From: an uncultured delta proteobacterium
GTDB taxonomy: Bacteria > Desulfobacterota > Binatia > Binatales > Binataceae
Length of the DNA: 64,000 nucleotides
Assembly (NCBI GenBank): GCA_963842085.1
Contig: CAWJET010000002.1
Location: 224,001-288,000, forward strand
Direction: 5' to 3'
Within the stretch, counting starts at the first letter, position 1. The number at the start of each line of letters is the position of its first letter. Of this stretch, positions 46,755 through 58,021 are shown one piece after another. The notes below the pieces were generated by a model. That model saw only the letters and a list, made by a program, of their open reading frames with translations. It had not been told where the DNA came from and ran no database searches. A program made the position numbers and the translations under genes.

Positions 46755-47374
46755 TCACGAATTATTCAAGCGAGTCAGGGCGAGAATCGAGCGGACTTTG
46801 GCGCTGATGTCGGGGGCGCTCACCACGTCGGTGATAATCGCGGCGGCGTCGGCGCCGGCGGCGAGAGTCTCGGCGACGCGCGCTTCGGTGATCCCGCCGA
46901 TCGCGACGATTGGAATCTTCACCGCGGCGCGGATCGCGCGAAGGTTGTCGAGGCCCTGCCCACTGGCGATGTGTTTGAGGCCGCCTGCGTACATCGGGCC
47001 GAATCCGATGTAATCCGCGCCGCCGCTTTCGGCTGCGCGCGCCTGCTCGACGGTGTGGGTCGAGATGCCGATTATCATGCCGGGGCCGATTCGCCGCGCC
47101 GCCTCGAGCGGGAGATCTTGCTGCCCTAGATGCACTCCGTGGGCGCCGGCGAGAATCGCGATATCGACCCGGTCGTTGACGATCAGAATGGCGCCGCGCT
47201 TGCGGCACATCTCGGCAATCGCACGCGCGGTCGCCAGGAAGTCGCGCCCGGGCGCACCCTTCAGGCGCAACTGCATGATTCGCGCGCCCGCCTGGAGCAA
47301 GGTCTCGGCCAGTGAAACCGGCTCGTGCCCGCCGGCGGGATCTACCATCGCGTAAAAATGCGAGGGGAGCCGCG

Positions 47375-47378
<4 letters not shown>
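46755..47378 (-). CDS. thiE: Thiamine-phosphate synthase
   Basis: QLRLK, LIVNDRVDIA, GVHLGQQD, GISTH, ADYIGFGP and VAIGGIT motifs; ATG overlaps the ntrC stop. Confidence 0.95.
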
Positions 47379-48898
<1,520 letters not shown>

Positions 48899-49032
48899 GG
48901 GCTACAATCGTAACAGTAAGTTCGATCTTGTCGCCAATGGCGTGAGGATCGCCCAAAATATAAGCATTAGGCCGCGGTTACGAGTGGAAGCGGGCAATTT
49001 TGACCGGTCGATTAACCGGAAATTGGGAAAAC

Positions 49033-49119
49033 ATACAATACATTGTGGTCTAAGGACGACTGCGGTCTACGGGTGGGTTCGTTCCGTCAAAATTAATATT
49101 TCGCGCGGCGAGGGCGTCG
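49033..49119. repeat. Dispersed ~90-bp intergenic element, copy 2
   Basis: Aligns with 20359-20447; same orientation and similar distance from a downstream minus-strand gene. Confidence 0.8.
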
Positions 49120-49444
49120 TGTCGCCGCTGGTGAGTCATCGCGGGGCTTTTCGGGCGAATGGCGAGCGTGTGGCATCGTGGTTGTTGACCGTAAGCGATG
49201 GTGGCACGGGGGGCGCTCCGGCGTAAGGCTGAACAGTTCATGCCTGAACATTCGCGGACCTCGGCTGCGCCGAAAACTTGGCCTGGAGGCGAGCTTTAAC
49301 CTCCGGGCGTGATCGCAGAGGCAGAATCTTGAATCGCGCGCGAAAAAAATCACGCGCTGCGTAAGGACCCTCACCTTCATCCTTCCCTTGCAGGGCGAGG
49401 AAACAGCAGGGGAACAATCGCGTGCCCTCTGGCGAGCGAGTGAT

Positions 49445-49977
49445 AACCGGTACCGGCTTCGCTTACGCGAAGCTGTCCGAGATCCTTCCTCAGCTCGCGT
49501 CGCTCGCGTCGTCAGGATGACAGATGGGCGTTGCTCGCGTTGGTCAGGATGACAGATGGGCGTTGCTCGCTTCGGTCAGGATGACAAGGATGGGGAGGCA
49601 GCGACTCAAAACCGGTACCGGCTTCGCTTACGCGAAGCTGTCCGAGATCCTTCCTCAGCTCGCGTTGCTCGCGTCGTCAGGATGACAGATGGGCGTTGCT
49701 CGCGTCGTCAGGATGACAGATGGGCGTTGCTCGCGTTGGTCAGGATGACAGATGGCGGTTGCTCGCTTCGGTCAGGATGACAAGGATGGGAGGCAGCGAC
49801 TCAAAACCGGTACCGGCTTCGCTTACGCGAAGCTGTCCGAGATCCTTCCTCAGCTCGCGTTGCTCGCGTCGTCAGGATGACAAGATGGGCGTTGCTCGCG
49901 TCGTCAGGATGACAAGATGGGCGTTGCTCGCGTCGTCAGGATGACAGATAGGCGTTGCTCGGTTCGGTCAGGATGAC
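49445..49977. repeat. Nested tandem array of REP-like units (left array)
   Basis: Three ~78-bp units (AACCGGTACCGGCTTCGCTTACGCGAAGCTGTCCGAGATCCTTCCTCAGCTCGCG...TCAGGATGACA at 49445, 49610, 49805), followed by 2, 3 and 3 copies of a ~31-bp subunit; 11 CAGGATGAC motifs. Confidence 0.95.
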
Positions 49978-49983
49978 GTTCAA

Positions 49984-51138
49984 ATGAAACGAGTTTGCAT
50001 TCCGTTTGCCGCAGCATTATTGCGCCAGTATATTTGCGCTGGGATTTCGCGGATGGGCGGGGATGGGATTCTGATGAAGTGTGCGCGCCGAAGGCGGCGC
50101 GATTACCCGATCAGCACACTCCTCGCCGGGCCAATACTGGCGGGTGTTGCGGTTCTCCTGATTGCTTCGAGCGCATCGGCGCATCCGTTTCGGTACGTAA
50201 CGCATCCCAAGGGCTTGGTCGATTACTGGCCGCGGTGGTCGCCGGACGGGAAGACCATTCTTTTCAGCCGCTGCGATATCTCCACCGGATGTGCCGGAGG
50301 GGCAGCGGCGGGATTCTGGAAACTGTTCACAGTTCCAGCAAATGGCAGCGGCCATCCGACCGAGTTCCTTGAAATCGAGGATGTCTCGGCGACGCGGTCG
50401 AATTGGCTGTGGACCTCCGATGTTGCTACGCCGATCGCGTTCACTGGCGTTAAGTCCGGGCCGGCCGGCATGAGCGGCGTCTATCTTGTCGATAGCGATG
50501 GCAGCGGGCCGACGCCGCTGCCGACCGCGGACTCGATTCCCAACGGTTATCCTTCGTGGTTTCCCGACGGTTCCGCGCTCGCGGTCGAGGGCTCAAGCCC
50601 GCCGTTTATCGATCTGGTCGGCGTGCCCGATGGGACGCTGTTGCAGACCGAGACTTCAACCGACCAGATCTGGACCGGCGAATCCGCGATATCGCGCGAC
50701 GGAGCCGAGATTGCCTTCGCGGGGCAGATGCCCGAAGCGGGCAGTCAGTACGATGACGATCAGAATCAGATTTGGCTCCAGGCGCTCATCCCGGCCAACC
50801 CTCCGTCGGACTTCGATACGGGACTGCATCAGCTCGATCCGCTGCAGGCGCGCACTCCCGATTGGTCGCCGAACGATCGCTTCCTGACGTTTGAGTCAAG
50901 GCGCGGATGCGTCAACGGCAACTACGCGATTTTCATCGAAGCGGCCACGACCGGCAAAGCCGTGCAGGTGACCGATTGCCGGCTGAACGCCAATCACGCG
51001 GTGTGGGCGCCGGATGGTCGGCGCTTCGCATTCTCGGCGGAATATTTCTCGCCGAAGTCGTCGTGTGGGATGGGATGCCGAGGAATCGCGATCGCGCCGG
51101 TGCCGAACAAGATTTTGAAGATTGGGACCGCGGACTAG
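49984..51138 (+). CDS. Secreted TolB-like/PD40 beta-propeller protein (start may be 50074)
   Basis: Signal peptide ending ASA-HP; repeats PRWSPDGKTILF, PSWFPDGS, ISRDG, PDWSPND and WAPDGRRFAF. Confidence 0.85.
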   Translation: MKRVCIPFAAALLRQYICAGISRMGGDGILMKCARRRRRDYPISTLLAGPILAGVAVLLIASSASAHPFRYVTHPKGLVDYWPRWSPDGKTILFSRCDISTGCAGGAAAGFWKLFTVPANGSGHPTEFLEIEDVSATRSNWLWTSDVATPIAFTGVKSGPAGMSGVYLVDSDGSGPTPLPTADSIPNGYPSWFPDGSALAVEGSSPPFIDLVGVPDGTLLQTETSTDQIWTGESAISRDGAEIAFAGQMPEAGSQYDDDQNQIWLQALIPANPPSDFDTGLHQLDPLQARTPDWSPNDRFLTFESRRGCVNGNYAIFIEAATTGKAVQVTDCRLNANHAVWAPDGRRFAFSAEYFSPKSSCGMGCRGIAIAPVPNKILKIGTAD

Positions 51139-51152
51139 TCGCGAGCGGTAAG

Positions 51153-51425
51153 AACCGGAACCGGCTTCGCTTGCGCGAAGCTGTCCGAGATCCTTCCTCA
51201 GCTCGCGTTGCTCGCTTCGGTCTGGATGACAAGATAGGAGGCAGCGACTCAGAACCGGAACCGGCTTCGCTTACGCGAAGCTGTCCGAGATCCTTCCTCA
51301 GCTCGCGTCGCTCGCGTCGTCAGGATGACAGATGGGCGTTGCTCGCTTCGGTCGGGACGACAGATGGCGGTTGCTCGCGTCGTCAGGATGACAGATGGAC
51401 GTTGCTCGGTTCGTTCAGGATGACA
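51153..51425. repeat. REP-like tandem array (right array), same family and orientation as the left array
   Basis: Long units at 51153 and 51253 plus three ~31-bp subunits; some variants (CTGGATGAC, CGGGACGAC). Confidence 0.93.
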
Positions 51426-51436
51426 GGGCTAGCTTC

Positions 51437-52537
51437 TCAGTTGGAGCGGTTTACGGACGACGTCATCGGGAGCGTCACCTTGAAGGTCATCCCATGGGAG
51501 GCCGCTGTGCCCTTGGCGCGATCGACGCCGCCGCGTTGGGCCCACAGCCTGCCGCCGTGCAGCGCGATGATTCGCTGGCATAGCACGAGGCCGAGGCCGG
51601 TTCCCGCGGGCTTGGTGGTGAAGAATGGCGTGAACAGTTGCGCGAGCTGATCCTCGGCGATGCCGACGCCGCTGTCGCTGACCTCGACCCGCAGGAACTG
51701 GCGCCGCCGCCCCTCCGCCGACATCCTGAACTCGGTTTCGATTCGGGTATGCAGCCGAATTGTGCCCGACGAGCCGATTGCTTCCGCCGCGTTCTTGATC
51801 AGATTCAGGAAGGTACGTTCCAGCGCGCTCGCGTCGCCAACCACGTCCGGCAGGCTGGGATCGAAATCCTGGAGCACCTCGACACCCTCGGGCGGATCCG
51901 GATACAGCCCCGCCATGCGCATCGCCTGGTGGAGCACCATGTGTATGTTGACCGGCTCCTGCGCCAGGCGTTGCGGTCCGCTGACCATCAGCACTTGCTC
52001 GACCAGCGAGGCGATCCGGTTGACGCCATCGAGGATCACGCCGCAGTACTGCTGCGCGCGTCCATCATCGGGAAACATCCCGGCCATCAACTCCGCCGCT
52101 CCCTTGATTCCGGTCAGTGGATTCTTGACCTCATGAGCCAGACCCGCCGGCGACAGCCGCAGGCTCAAGTCACCGGTGGTGGCGGCCTCGGCCGCGCCTT
52201 TTTCGTGAGACAGGTCGTGAAGCAGGATGATGACGCCCCCGGGCCGTCCCTCGGCGTTCAGCAGGGGCGATACCTCGGCGCGGACGGCCAGTTCCCGGGG
52301 CCCCGTCGTCAGGACTGTTTCCATGTCACCGAGGGCTTGGCCGCTTTCCAGGCACGCGCCCATCATCCGCCCCAACCAGTCGTTCTGGCGCACCAGGTCA
52401 GCCATGGTCGCGGCGCTCACCTGCGAAACCCCAAGCATCGTCTCTGCGGCCGGATTAACGACCTGCGGCTCCATCGCAGGCGAAAGCACGATGATCGCAT
52501 CGGTCAGACTGTCGATAATGTCGTGCCAGAGATTCAA
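51437..52537 (-). CDS. PAS-domain sensor histidine kinase (NtrB-like)
   Basis: PAS (VNPAAE.MLG), H-box AHEVKNPL.GI.GAA, FDPSLP, N-box NLIKNAAEA, DSGVG, F.PFFTTK and GTGLGL; no TM segment. Confidence 0.92.
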   Translation of the reverse strand: MNLWHDIIDSLTDAIIVLSPAMEPQVVNPAAETMLGVSQVSAATMADLVRQNDWLGRMMGACLESGQALGDMETVLTTGPRELAVRAEVSPLLNAEGRPGGVIILLHDLSHEKGAAEAATTGDLSLRLSPAGLAHEVKNPLTGIKGAAELMAGMFPDDGRAQQYCGVILDGVNRIASLVEQVLMVSGPQRLAQEPVNIHMVLHQAMRMAGLYPDPPEGVEVLQDFDPSLPDVVGDASALERTFLNLIKNAAEAIGSSGTIRLHTRIETEFRMSAEGRRRQFLRVEVSDSGVGIAEDQLAQLFTPFFTTKPAGTGLGLVLCQRIIALHGGRLWAQRGGVDRAKGTAASHGMTFKVTLPMTSSVNRSN

Positions 52538-52780
52538 ATTAATCCCCGGTCAGTCGCCTAGGGCCGGCCCGGTAATCGACGGTAACACAAAGAACTCGAT
52601 CGGCTGAAACTTGACGTAGCGACTATTGCCGCCTTCCAGCGCCAAGATTGATGCGCATTTGCAAGGATTTATTAAACATTAGGCTCTTCGAGATTAGATT
52701 TTTTAATAGTTTATCCACTGCGATTCGGTTGATCCCGGTCGTATCGGTCGGTACGGTTGGGGTCAACTTCTCGGGGGAGA

Positions 52781-53764
52781 ATGCTGCCGACTAAGACTAT
52801 CTATCGAGTGTTGGTTGCCCTGATGGCGGCCCTGGTTGTCGCCGGATGGGCGTCCACTCATGCATTCGCAGAGGATTTTGACGGAACCGCTCTGTCCGGG
52901 GTAAATGCGTCGTCGTCGCGCCTGACCGGAGAAAGCAACGGCTTTGACCTTGAGACCCCTGCGGAAGCCGGCGCCAAGCCGATTACCTCGCCATACGTTC
53001 TGCCGCTGCCTCAGCCGGTTCCGCCTTTCCCAATTCTCCTGAACCAGTCCGTGCGCCGCTATCTATCGGACTTCCTGAGTTCCCCCGACCATCTGCAGGA
53101 TACCTTCGACCGCAGCCACCCCTACCTGAAGGATATGGTTCGCGTGCTGAGAAGCTACGGCCTTCCCGACGATCTGGTCTATCTGGCTTTCGCCGAAAGC
53201 GAATTCTCCAAGCGCGGCAGGGGACCCTGGCAGTTCAATTCCGATACTGCGCGGCGCTTCGGCCTGCATATCGACAGCTACGTCGACGAGCGGCGCGACC
53301 CCGTTTTGTCCACTAAGGCGGCGGCTGAGTATCTGGCCACCCTGCACGACGAGGCCGGCGACGATTGGCCGATGACGCTGGTCGCCTGGAATAACGGCGA
53401 CAGTGCAATCAATCGCTATTGGTCGTTGCGCGGCCCCAAGATGGAGAAGTTCGGCTATCGCCTGCCGCGCAGAACTCGCGGGCTGCTGGGACGTTTCATG
53501 GCCGTCGCGTATATCGCGCATCATGCTGACAGCTACGGAATCACGCCGATCAAGGTCGACGACGATCCACCGGTCTACCAGATGCTGCGGGTTCGAGGTG
53601 GCACTTCGCTGAGCCGGGTCGCGCTTAATCACGGGACGACGCTGGAGCGCCTGCACGACCTCAACCCGGCGCTGCTGCGCGACGTCGTTCCTCCCTACGA
53701 GCGCTCGTACAGCGTCCGCGTTCCGCTGAATACCCACGCCAGCGCAGAACACGTCGAGTTCTAG
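52781..53764 (+). CDS. Lytic transglycosylase with LysM (MltD-like)
   Basis: LAFAESEF (catalytic Glu), GPWQF, DERRDP..ST.AAA.YL, AWN.G and C-terminal L..LNPAL.R. Confidence 0.88.
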   Translation: MLPTKTIYRVLVALMAALVVAGWASTHAFAEDFDGTALSGVNASSSRLTGESNGFDLETPAEAGAKPITSPYVLPLPQPVPPFPILLNQSVRRYLSDFLSSPDHLQDTFDRSHPYLKDMVRVLRSYGLPDDLVYLAFAESEFSKRGRGPWQFNSDTARRFGLHIDSYVDERRDPVLSTKAAAEYLATLHDEAGDDWPMTLVAWNNGDSAINRYWSLRGPKMEKFGYRLPRRTRGLLGRFMAVAYIAHHADSYGITPIKVDDDPPVYQMLRVRGGTSLSRVALNHGTTLERLHDLNPALLRDVVPPYERSYSVRVPLNTHASAEHVEF

Positions 53765-53792
53765 CGGAGCGCGCGCAGCGCTCGAACAAGAG

Positions 53793-53871
53793 ACCGGAAC
53801 CGGCTCCGCGTGGCGCGAAGCTGTCCGAGATGCTTCGTTCCGCCCGCGCTGCTCGCTTTGTCAGCATGACA
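53793..53871. repeat. Degenerate solo copy of the ~78-bp REP-like unit
   Basis: ACCGGAACCGGCTCCGCGTGGCGCGAAGCTGTCCGAGATGCTTC...TCAGCATGACA. Confidence 0.8.
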
Positions 53872-53917
53872 GCCCAGGACGTTCAATCGCGAGGCTGAGG
53901 CGCGTATTCTTTCTGGC

Positions 53918-55192
53918 ATGATCAGCGCCGACCAGGCCCTGCAAATCGTTCTTGAAAACGTGGATCCGCTCGGCGTCGAGCGGATTCCGATCCTCGAGGC
54001 GCTTGGCCGCGTGCTCGCCGAAAATATCAGCTCGCCGCGCGATATCCCGGGCTTCGACAATTCCGCGATGGACGGTTATGCCGTGCGCGCCGCCGACCTT
54101 GCCAGGGCGTCGGAGGCGAGCCCGGTCAAGCTGGCGGTCGTCGAGACGGTTGGCGCCGGGATGATGCCGACCCGCGGCGTGAGCGCAGGCCAGGCGGTTC
54201 GCACGATGACCGGCGCGCCGATCGCCGAAGGCGCAGACGCGATCGTTCCGGTCGAACGCACGCGCGGCATCGGCGATTCGGTCGAATTTCTCGTTGCCGC
54301 GGAGAAGGGCGCATTCGTTCGGCCGCGCGGCGAGGATCTGCGTATCGGCGAACTCGTGATGTCTGCCGGCAAGACGCTCACGCCGGCCGACCTAGGGATG
54401 CTGGCGTCGGTGAATCGCGCGATGGTCGAGGTCATTCGGCGACCGCGCGTCGCAATCGTTGCCACCGGCGACGAGCTCGTGGACGTCGATCAAGCGCCCG
54501 TCGGCGCGCAGGTCGTCAACTCCAGCGCCTACGCACTGGCCGGTGCAATTCGCGAAGCGGGCGCCGAGGCCGTCATCCTCAAGGTGGCGCGCGACGACGC
54601 GCGCGAGATTCGCCAGCGCCTGGCCGAGGCGATGACCTTCGACGCGGTGCTATCGACCGGCGGCGTCTCGGTGGGACAATTCGATCACGTTAAGGGCGCG
54701 CTCGACGAACTCGGGATGCGCCAGCTATTTCACGGCGTCGCGCAGAAGCCGGGGCGTCCGCTCAAGTTCGGCACCGTCGGCTACCGCCCGATCTTCGGCC
54801 TGCCGGGCAATCCCGTATCGACGCTGGTCTGCTTCTACCTGTACGCGCGCCCCGCGCTCCGTAAGATGTCCGGGAGGCGGCGCGTCGGTTTACCGCGCGT
54901 CTGGGCGCGATGCGCGGTCGATATCAAAATCGCCAAAGACCTGACCGAGTTCGTGCGGGTCAAACTCGAGCGCGATCGGGTCGCCACCGGCGCGGACGGC
55001 TGGCTCGCGACTCCCACCGGCAACCAGGGCTCGGGGATTCTAAGCTCGCTCTCACGGGCGGACGGTCTGCTGATCGGTCCGTCAGCCGAAACGCTGTTGA
55101 AGGCTGGCGCTCAGGCGACCGTGCTGCTCCTGGAGCCGGACGACGCAGCTGCGGACGATGAACTGTTTGAGGGTCGGCGCCATAGCCACTGA
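53918..55192 (+). CDS. moeA: Molybdopterin molybdenumtransferase MoeA
   Basis: GRVLAE, FDNSAMDGYA, MTGAP, TGDEL, TGGVSVG, KPGRP, LPGNPVS and NQGSG motifs. Confidence 0.96.
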   Translation: MISADQALQIVLENVDPLGVERIPILEALGRVLAENISSPRDIPGFDNSAMDGYAVRAADLARASEASPVKLAVVETVGAGMMPTRGVSAGQAVRTMTGAPIAEGADAIVPVERTRGIGDSVEFLVAAEKGAFVRPRGEDLRIGELVMSAGKTLTPADLGMLASVNRAMVEVIRRPRVAIVATGDELVDVDQAPVGAQVVNSSAYALAGAIREAGAEAVILKVARDDAREIRQRLAEAMTFDAVLSTGGVSVGQFDHVKGALDELGMRQLFHGVAQKPGRPLKFGTVGYRPIFGLPGNPVSTLVCFYLYARPALRKMSGRRRVGLPRVWARCAVDIKIAKDLTEFVRVKLERDRVATGADGWLATPTGNQGSGILSSLSRADGLLIGPSAETLLKAGAQATVLLLEPDDAAADDELFEGRRHSH

Positions 55193-55392
55193 ATCACGAG
55201 GGTCGCGACTGCGCCGAAAATCGCGGCGCCGATTATCACGGCCGAGAGTCTGAGCTGAAGTTTCAGAATGTTGAAGGGCAGCAGGTAAAAGGTCACCATC
55301 TCGATCTGAAAGTTTGCGTAAATGACATACGCCACCCACAGGATCACGAGCGCACCGATGATGAATTTCGGGTTCTTGGCAAATGCGGGCAT
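55111..55392 (-). CDS. LapA/DUF1049-family membrane protein
   Basis: TM-N...V.F-TM pattern; 3' end overlaps the moeA 3' end. Confidence 0.65.
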   Translation of the reverse strand: MPAFAKNPKFIIGALVILWVAYVIYANFQIEMVTFYLLPFNILKLQLRLSAVIIGAAIFGAVATLVIQWLWRRPSNSSSSAAASSGSRSSTVA

Positions 55393-55517
55393 CGGGGACG
55401 ATCCTCCTGACGGGCGATGAGGAAAAGCTTGGCGACTGAAATAGCGATTGTCAACGCAGTCGGGCGCAGTGCAAATGATGCGCTCGCGGGATTCATCCGC
55501 GCACGAGGGTTAGACGA

Positions 55518-56003
55518 ATGGCGACGCGTTTTCGCGTAGGCAACGGATTCGATTTCCATCCGCTGGAGGCGGGCCGCCGGCTGGTGCTCGGCGGCGTCGA
55601 GATCAAGCACGGCAAGGGACTCCGCGGGCATTCGGACGCCGACGTCGCGGCGCATGCGCTGGCCAACGCGATCCTCGGCGCGATCGGCGCCGGCGACCTC
55701 GGCCGGCATTTCGCGGATACCGATCCACGCTACAAGGATGCTGACTCGCTCGAACTTCTTGCCGATGTATGGAAGCTTGCGAGCGCTCGCGCATGGCGGC
55801 TGTGCAATGCCGACCTGACAATTTTCGCCGAGGCGCCCAAGCTGAGGCCGTATGTCGACGCGATGCGTGAGCGGCTGGCTGCCGCGCTCGACGCTGATCA
55901 ATGGCGCATCAATGTTAAAGCGTCGAGCCCCGAGGGGATAGGCGCACTGGGTCGCAGCGAAGGGATGGCGGCGGCAGCGATCGTGATGCTCGAAGCCGAC
56001 TAG
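55518..56003 (+). CDS. ispF: 2-C-methyl-D-erythritol 2,4-cyclodiphosphate synthase
   Basis: RVGNGFDFH, GHSDADV, GDLG.HF, PKL.P and NVKA motifs. Confidence 0.95.
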   Translation: MATRFRVGNGFDFHPLEAGRRLVLGGVEIKHGKGLRGHSDADVAAHALANAILGAIGAGDLGRHFADTDPRYKDADSLELLADVWKLASARAWRLCNADLTIFAEAPKLRPYVDAMRERLAAALDADQWRINVKASSPEGIGALGRSEGMAAAAIVMLEAD

Positions 56004-56021
56004 AACACAGGGAAGCGCCCT

Positions 56022-56378
56022 CTACCCATCGTCGTCGCCACCCGATTCGTCCCCCAAGTCACCACCGCTTTCCAATTCCTCGACCGCCTCGTCGAATTCG
56101 GGTCCGTTGAACTCGTCGCCCATCTCCTTGCCCATCCGCTTCATCATGCGCGCGACGCTCTTGGGGTCGTTCTCGTCGACGTCGCCCATCCGCGACGGGT
56201 CGGCGAGCGACTCCATTCGAGATTCCTCGCTCCGCGGCATCGCGAACCGCGACATCAGGCGGCGCATCTTTTTTCCGCCGCAATGCGTGCAGACTGGCTC
56301 GACCTTTTCGCTGACGCGGGTCGTTAAGACACTGGTCGTCCGCCGGCACTTCTCGCATCGATATTCGTAGATCGGCAT
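56022..56378 (-). CDS. FmdB-family zinc-ribbon protein with acidic C-terminal extension
   Basis: MPIYEYRC..C...C..CG...RLMS. Confidence 0.9.
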   Translation of the reverse strand: MPIYEYRCEKCRRTTSVLTTRVSEKVEPVCTHCGGKKMRRLMSRFAMPRSEESRMESLADPSRMGDVDENDPKSVARMMKRMGKEMGDEFNGPEFDEAVEELESGGDLGDESGGDDDG

Positions 56379-56411
56379 GTCGACGTATTGTATACGCAGC
56401 CCGCACCGATT

Positions 56412-57182
56412 TCACGGAATTCGAAACAGCGCGCGCGCGTTGGCCGTCGTCGCCGCGGCGATTTCCTCGAACGTGGCGCATCGCAGATGCGCAATCGCGG
56501 CGACCACTTCCTTGACCATCGCCGGTTCGGTCAACCGCCCGGCGAACTGGCCGCCGTACTGCCACGGGCCGTCGGTCTCTACCAATATCCTGTTGGATGG
56601 CAGCATCCGCGCGAGATCCTGATCGCGCGCCCGGTAGGCGACCTCGGGGGTCAGCGAAATGAAATATCCGGCGTTGATAATCGCGCGCGTCGTTTGCTCG
56701 TCGGACTTATGCCAGTGAAAGACCGCGCGCGTCACTCCCGCCTCGCGAATTATCGCGAGCGCCTCGCCCGCGCGCGCGTGCGGCGCATGCAATATCAGCG
56801 GCAGATCGAGTGCGACGGCGGCACGCGCGAAGCGTGCGAGCGTCTGCTTCGCCGCGTCGAGCACGGCCGCGTCCTGCGCGCGCTCGCCGTACCACGGCAG
56901 CCCGACTTCGCCGATCGCGCAAATCGAATCGCGCTCGCGCGTGATCGTATCGAGCACAGTGCGCACGTCATCTTCACTATGTTCAAATCGCTCGGGATGA
57001 AATCCTAAGGCGGGAAAAATGACGCCGGGATATTTCTTCGCCAGTTCGAGCACAGCGCGATTAGACGCGGGTCCGACTCCCGGCACGACCATCGCCGATA
57101 CTCCCGCATCGTGCCCGCGCTTGATTGCGCCGGAAGGGTCGGGATACTGGTCAGCGTCGAGATGAACGTGGCTGTCGATCAC
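56412..57182 (-). CDS. tatD: TatD-family hydrolase
   Basis: IDSHVHL, GFHP, IGEVGL, ILH, FHW and ETDGP motifs. Confidence 0.9.
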   Translation of the reverse strand: MIDSHVHLDADQYPDPSGAIKRGHDAGVSAMVVPGVGPASNRAVLELAKKYPGVIFPALGFHPERFEHSEDDVRTVLDTITRERDSICAIGEVGLPWYGERAQDAAVLDAAKQTLARFARAAVALDLPLILHAPHARAGEALAIIREAGVTRAVFHWHKSDEQTTRAIINAGYFISLTPEVAYRARDQDLARMLPSNRILVETDGPWQYGGQFAGRLTEPAMVKEVVAAIAHLRCATFEEIAAATTANARALFRIP

Positions 57183-57235
57183 TTCATTCGTATAGCAGGC
57201 ATGCGCCGCGGGCGCATCGTAGCGCGCGTGCTGCG

Positions 57236-58021
57236 ATGAGCGAGCTCCGCCTGATGTGGCGCAACACGCGGATGGTCGTGTTGTGCGCGATCTCCGCCGC
57301 GCTGTACGCTGCGGTGCTGGTGCCGTTCAAGGTCGTCCCGCTTATTCCGGGCGTCACCGAACTGCGTCCCGCCAACGCGATTCCAGTTGTGTGCTCGTTC
57401 CTGTTCGGTCCCGCCGCCGCGTGGGGTTCGGCGATCGGCAACATGATCGGCGATTTTTTTGGTGGAGTCTCGCCGGGAGATATCGCGGGATTTTTGGCGA
57501 ACCTCGCGTACGGGTGGATTCCCTACAAAGTCTGGGAATTGATCGGCCGCGGCCAGAGTCCCATCAGCCGCTCCCCGCTTGGAATCCTCAAGTACGTCAT
57601 CGCATGCCTGGCCGCGAGCGTGCTGTGCGCCGACTTGGTCGGATGGGCCGACAACGTGCTCGTCATCCGGCCGTTCGCGATGCTCGGCAACGTGATCATC
57701 TTCAACAACATGGTGTCGGCACTCGCGCTCTCGCCGTTCATCCTGGCCGCGGTCTATCCGCGGGTCAAAAAGGGCCGGATGCTTTACACCGACGTGATGC
57801 CGGAGGTGAAACTGAAGCCGGTGCCGATTCGAGCGTCCGGTTTCGCGCTGCTGATCGCGGGCGAGGGCGGCGCCTGGATTTTTGGAAATCTGCTTTCGAC
57901 CGGGTATTGGGCGCCAAAGTTCCTGCCGGCGTGGATGATCGTCGCCCCGTACGATAAGCCGGTCTTAATAATTGTCGGCCCGTTTCTGCTGTTGGCGTTC
58001 GCGGGGCTGTTCATGATGTGA
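57236..58021 (+). CDS. ECF transporter S component (QueT-like)
   Basis: AALYAA..VPF, ELRPANA, LFGP.AAWG..IGN.IGD; precedes the ECF ATPase and T genes. Confidence 0.75.
   Translation: MSELRLMWRNTRMVVLCAISAALYAAVLVPFKVVPLIPGVTELRPANAIPVVCSFLFGPAAAWGSAIGNMIGDFFGGVSPGDIAGFLANLAYGWIPYKVWELIGRGQSPISRSPLGILKYVIACLAASVLCADLVGWADNVLVIRPFAMLGNVIIFNNMVSALALSPFILAAVYPRVKKGRMLYTDVMPEVKLKPVPIRASGFALLIAGEGGAWIFGNLLSTGYWAPKFLPAWMIVAPYDKPVLIIVGPFLLLAFAGLFMM

Noticed and set aside
49202-49217. Sigma-54 promoter (TGGCAC-N7-GC)
   Set aside because: Lacks the TTGC -12 context and has no nearby gene in that orientation; likely chance in GC-rich DNA.
49556-49944. Short ORFs with repeated RMT/QDD peptides (also 50907..51650)
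   Set aside because: They are translations of the DNA repeats in several frames, with no RBS or protein family features.
49445-51425. CRISPR array
   Set aside because: Repeats abut with near-identical intervening sequence and no unique spacers; the period is nested and irregular; no cas genes are present.
52711-52719. DnaA box / replication origin (TTATCCACT in an AT-rich stretch)
   Set aside because: Single 8/9 match, no box cluster and no dnaA/dnaN/gidA context; more likely a divergent promoter region.
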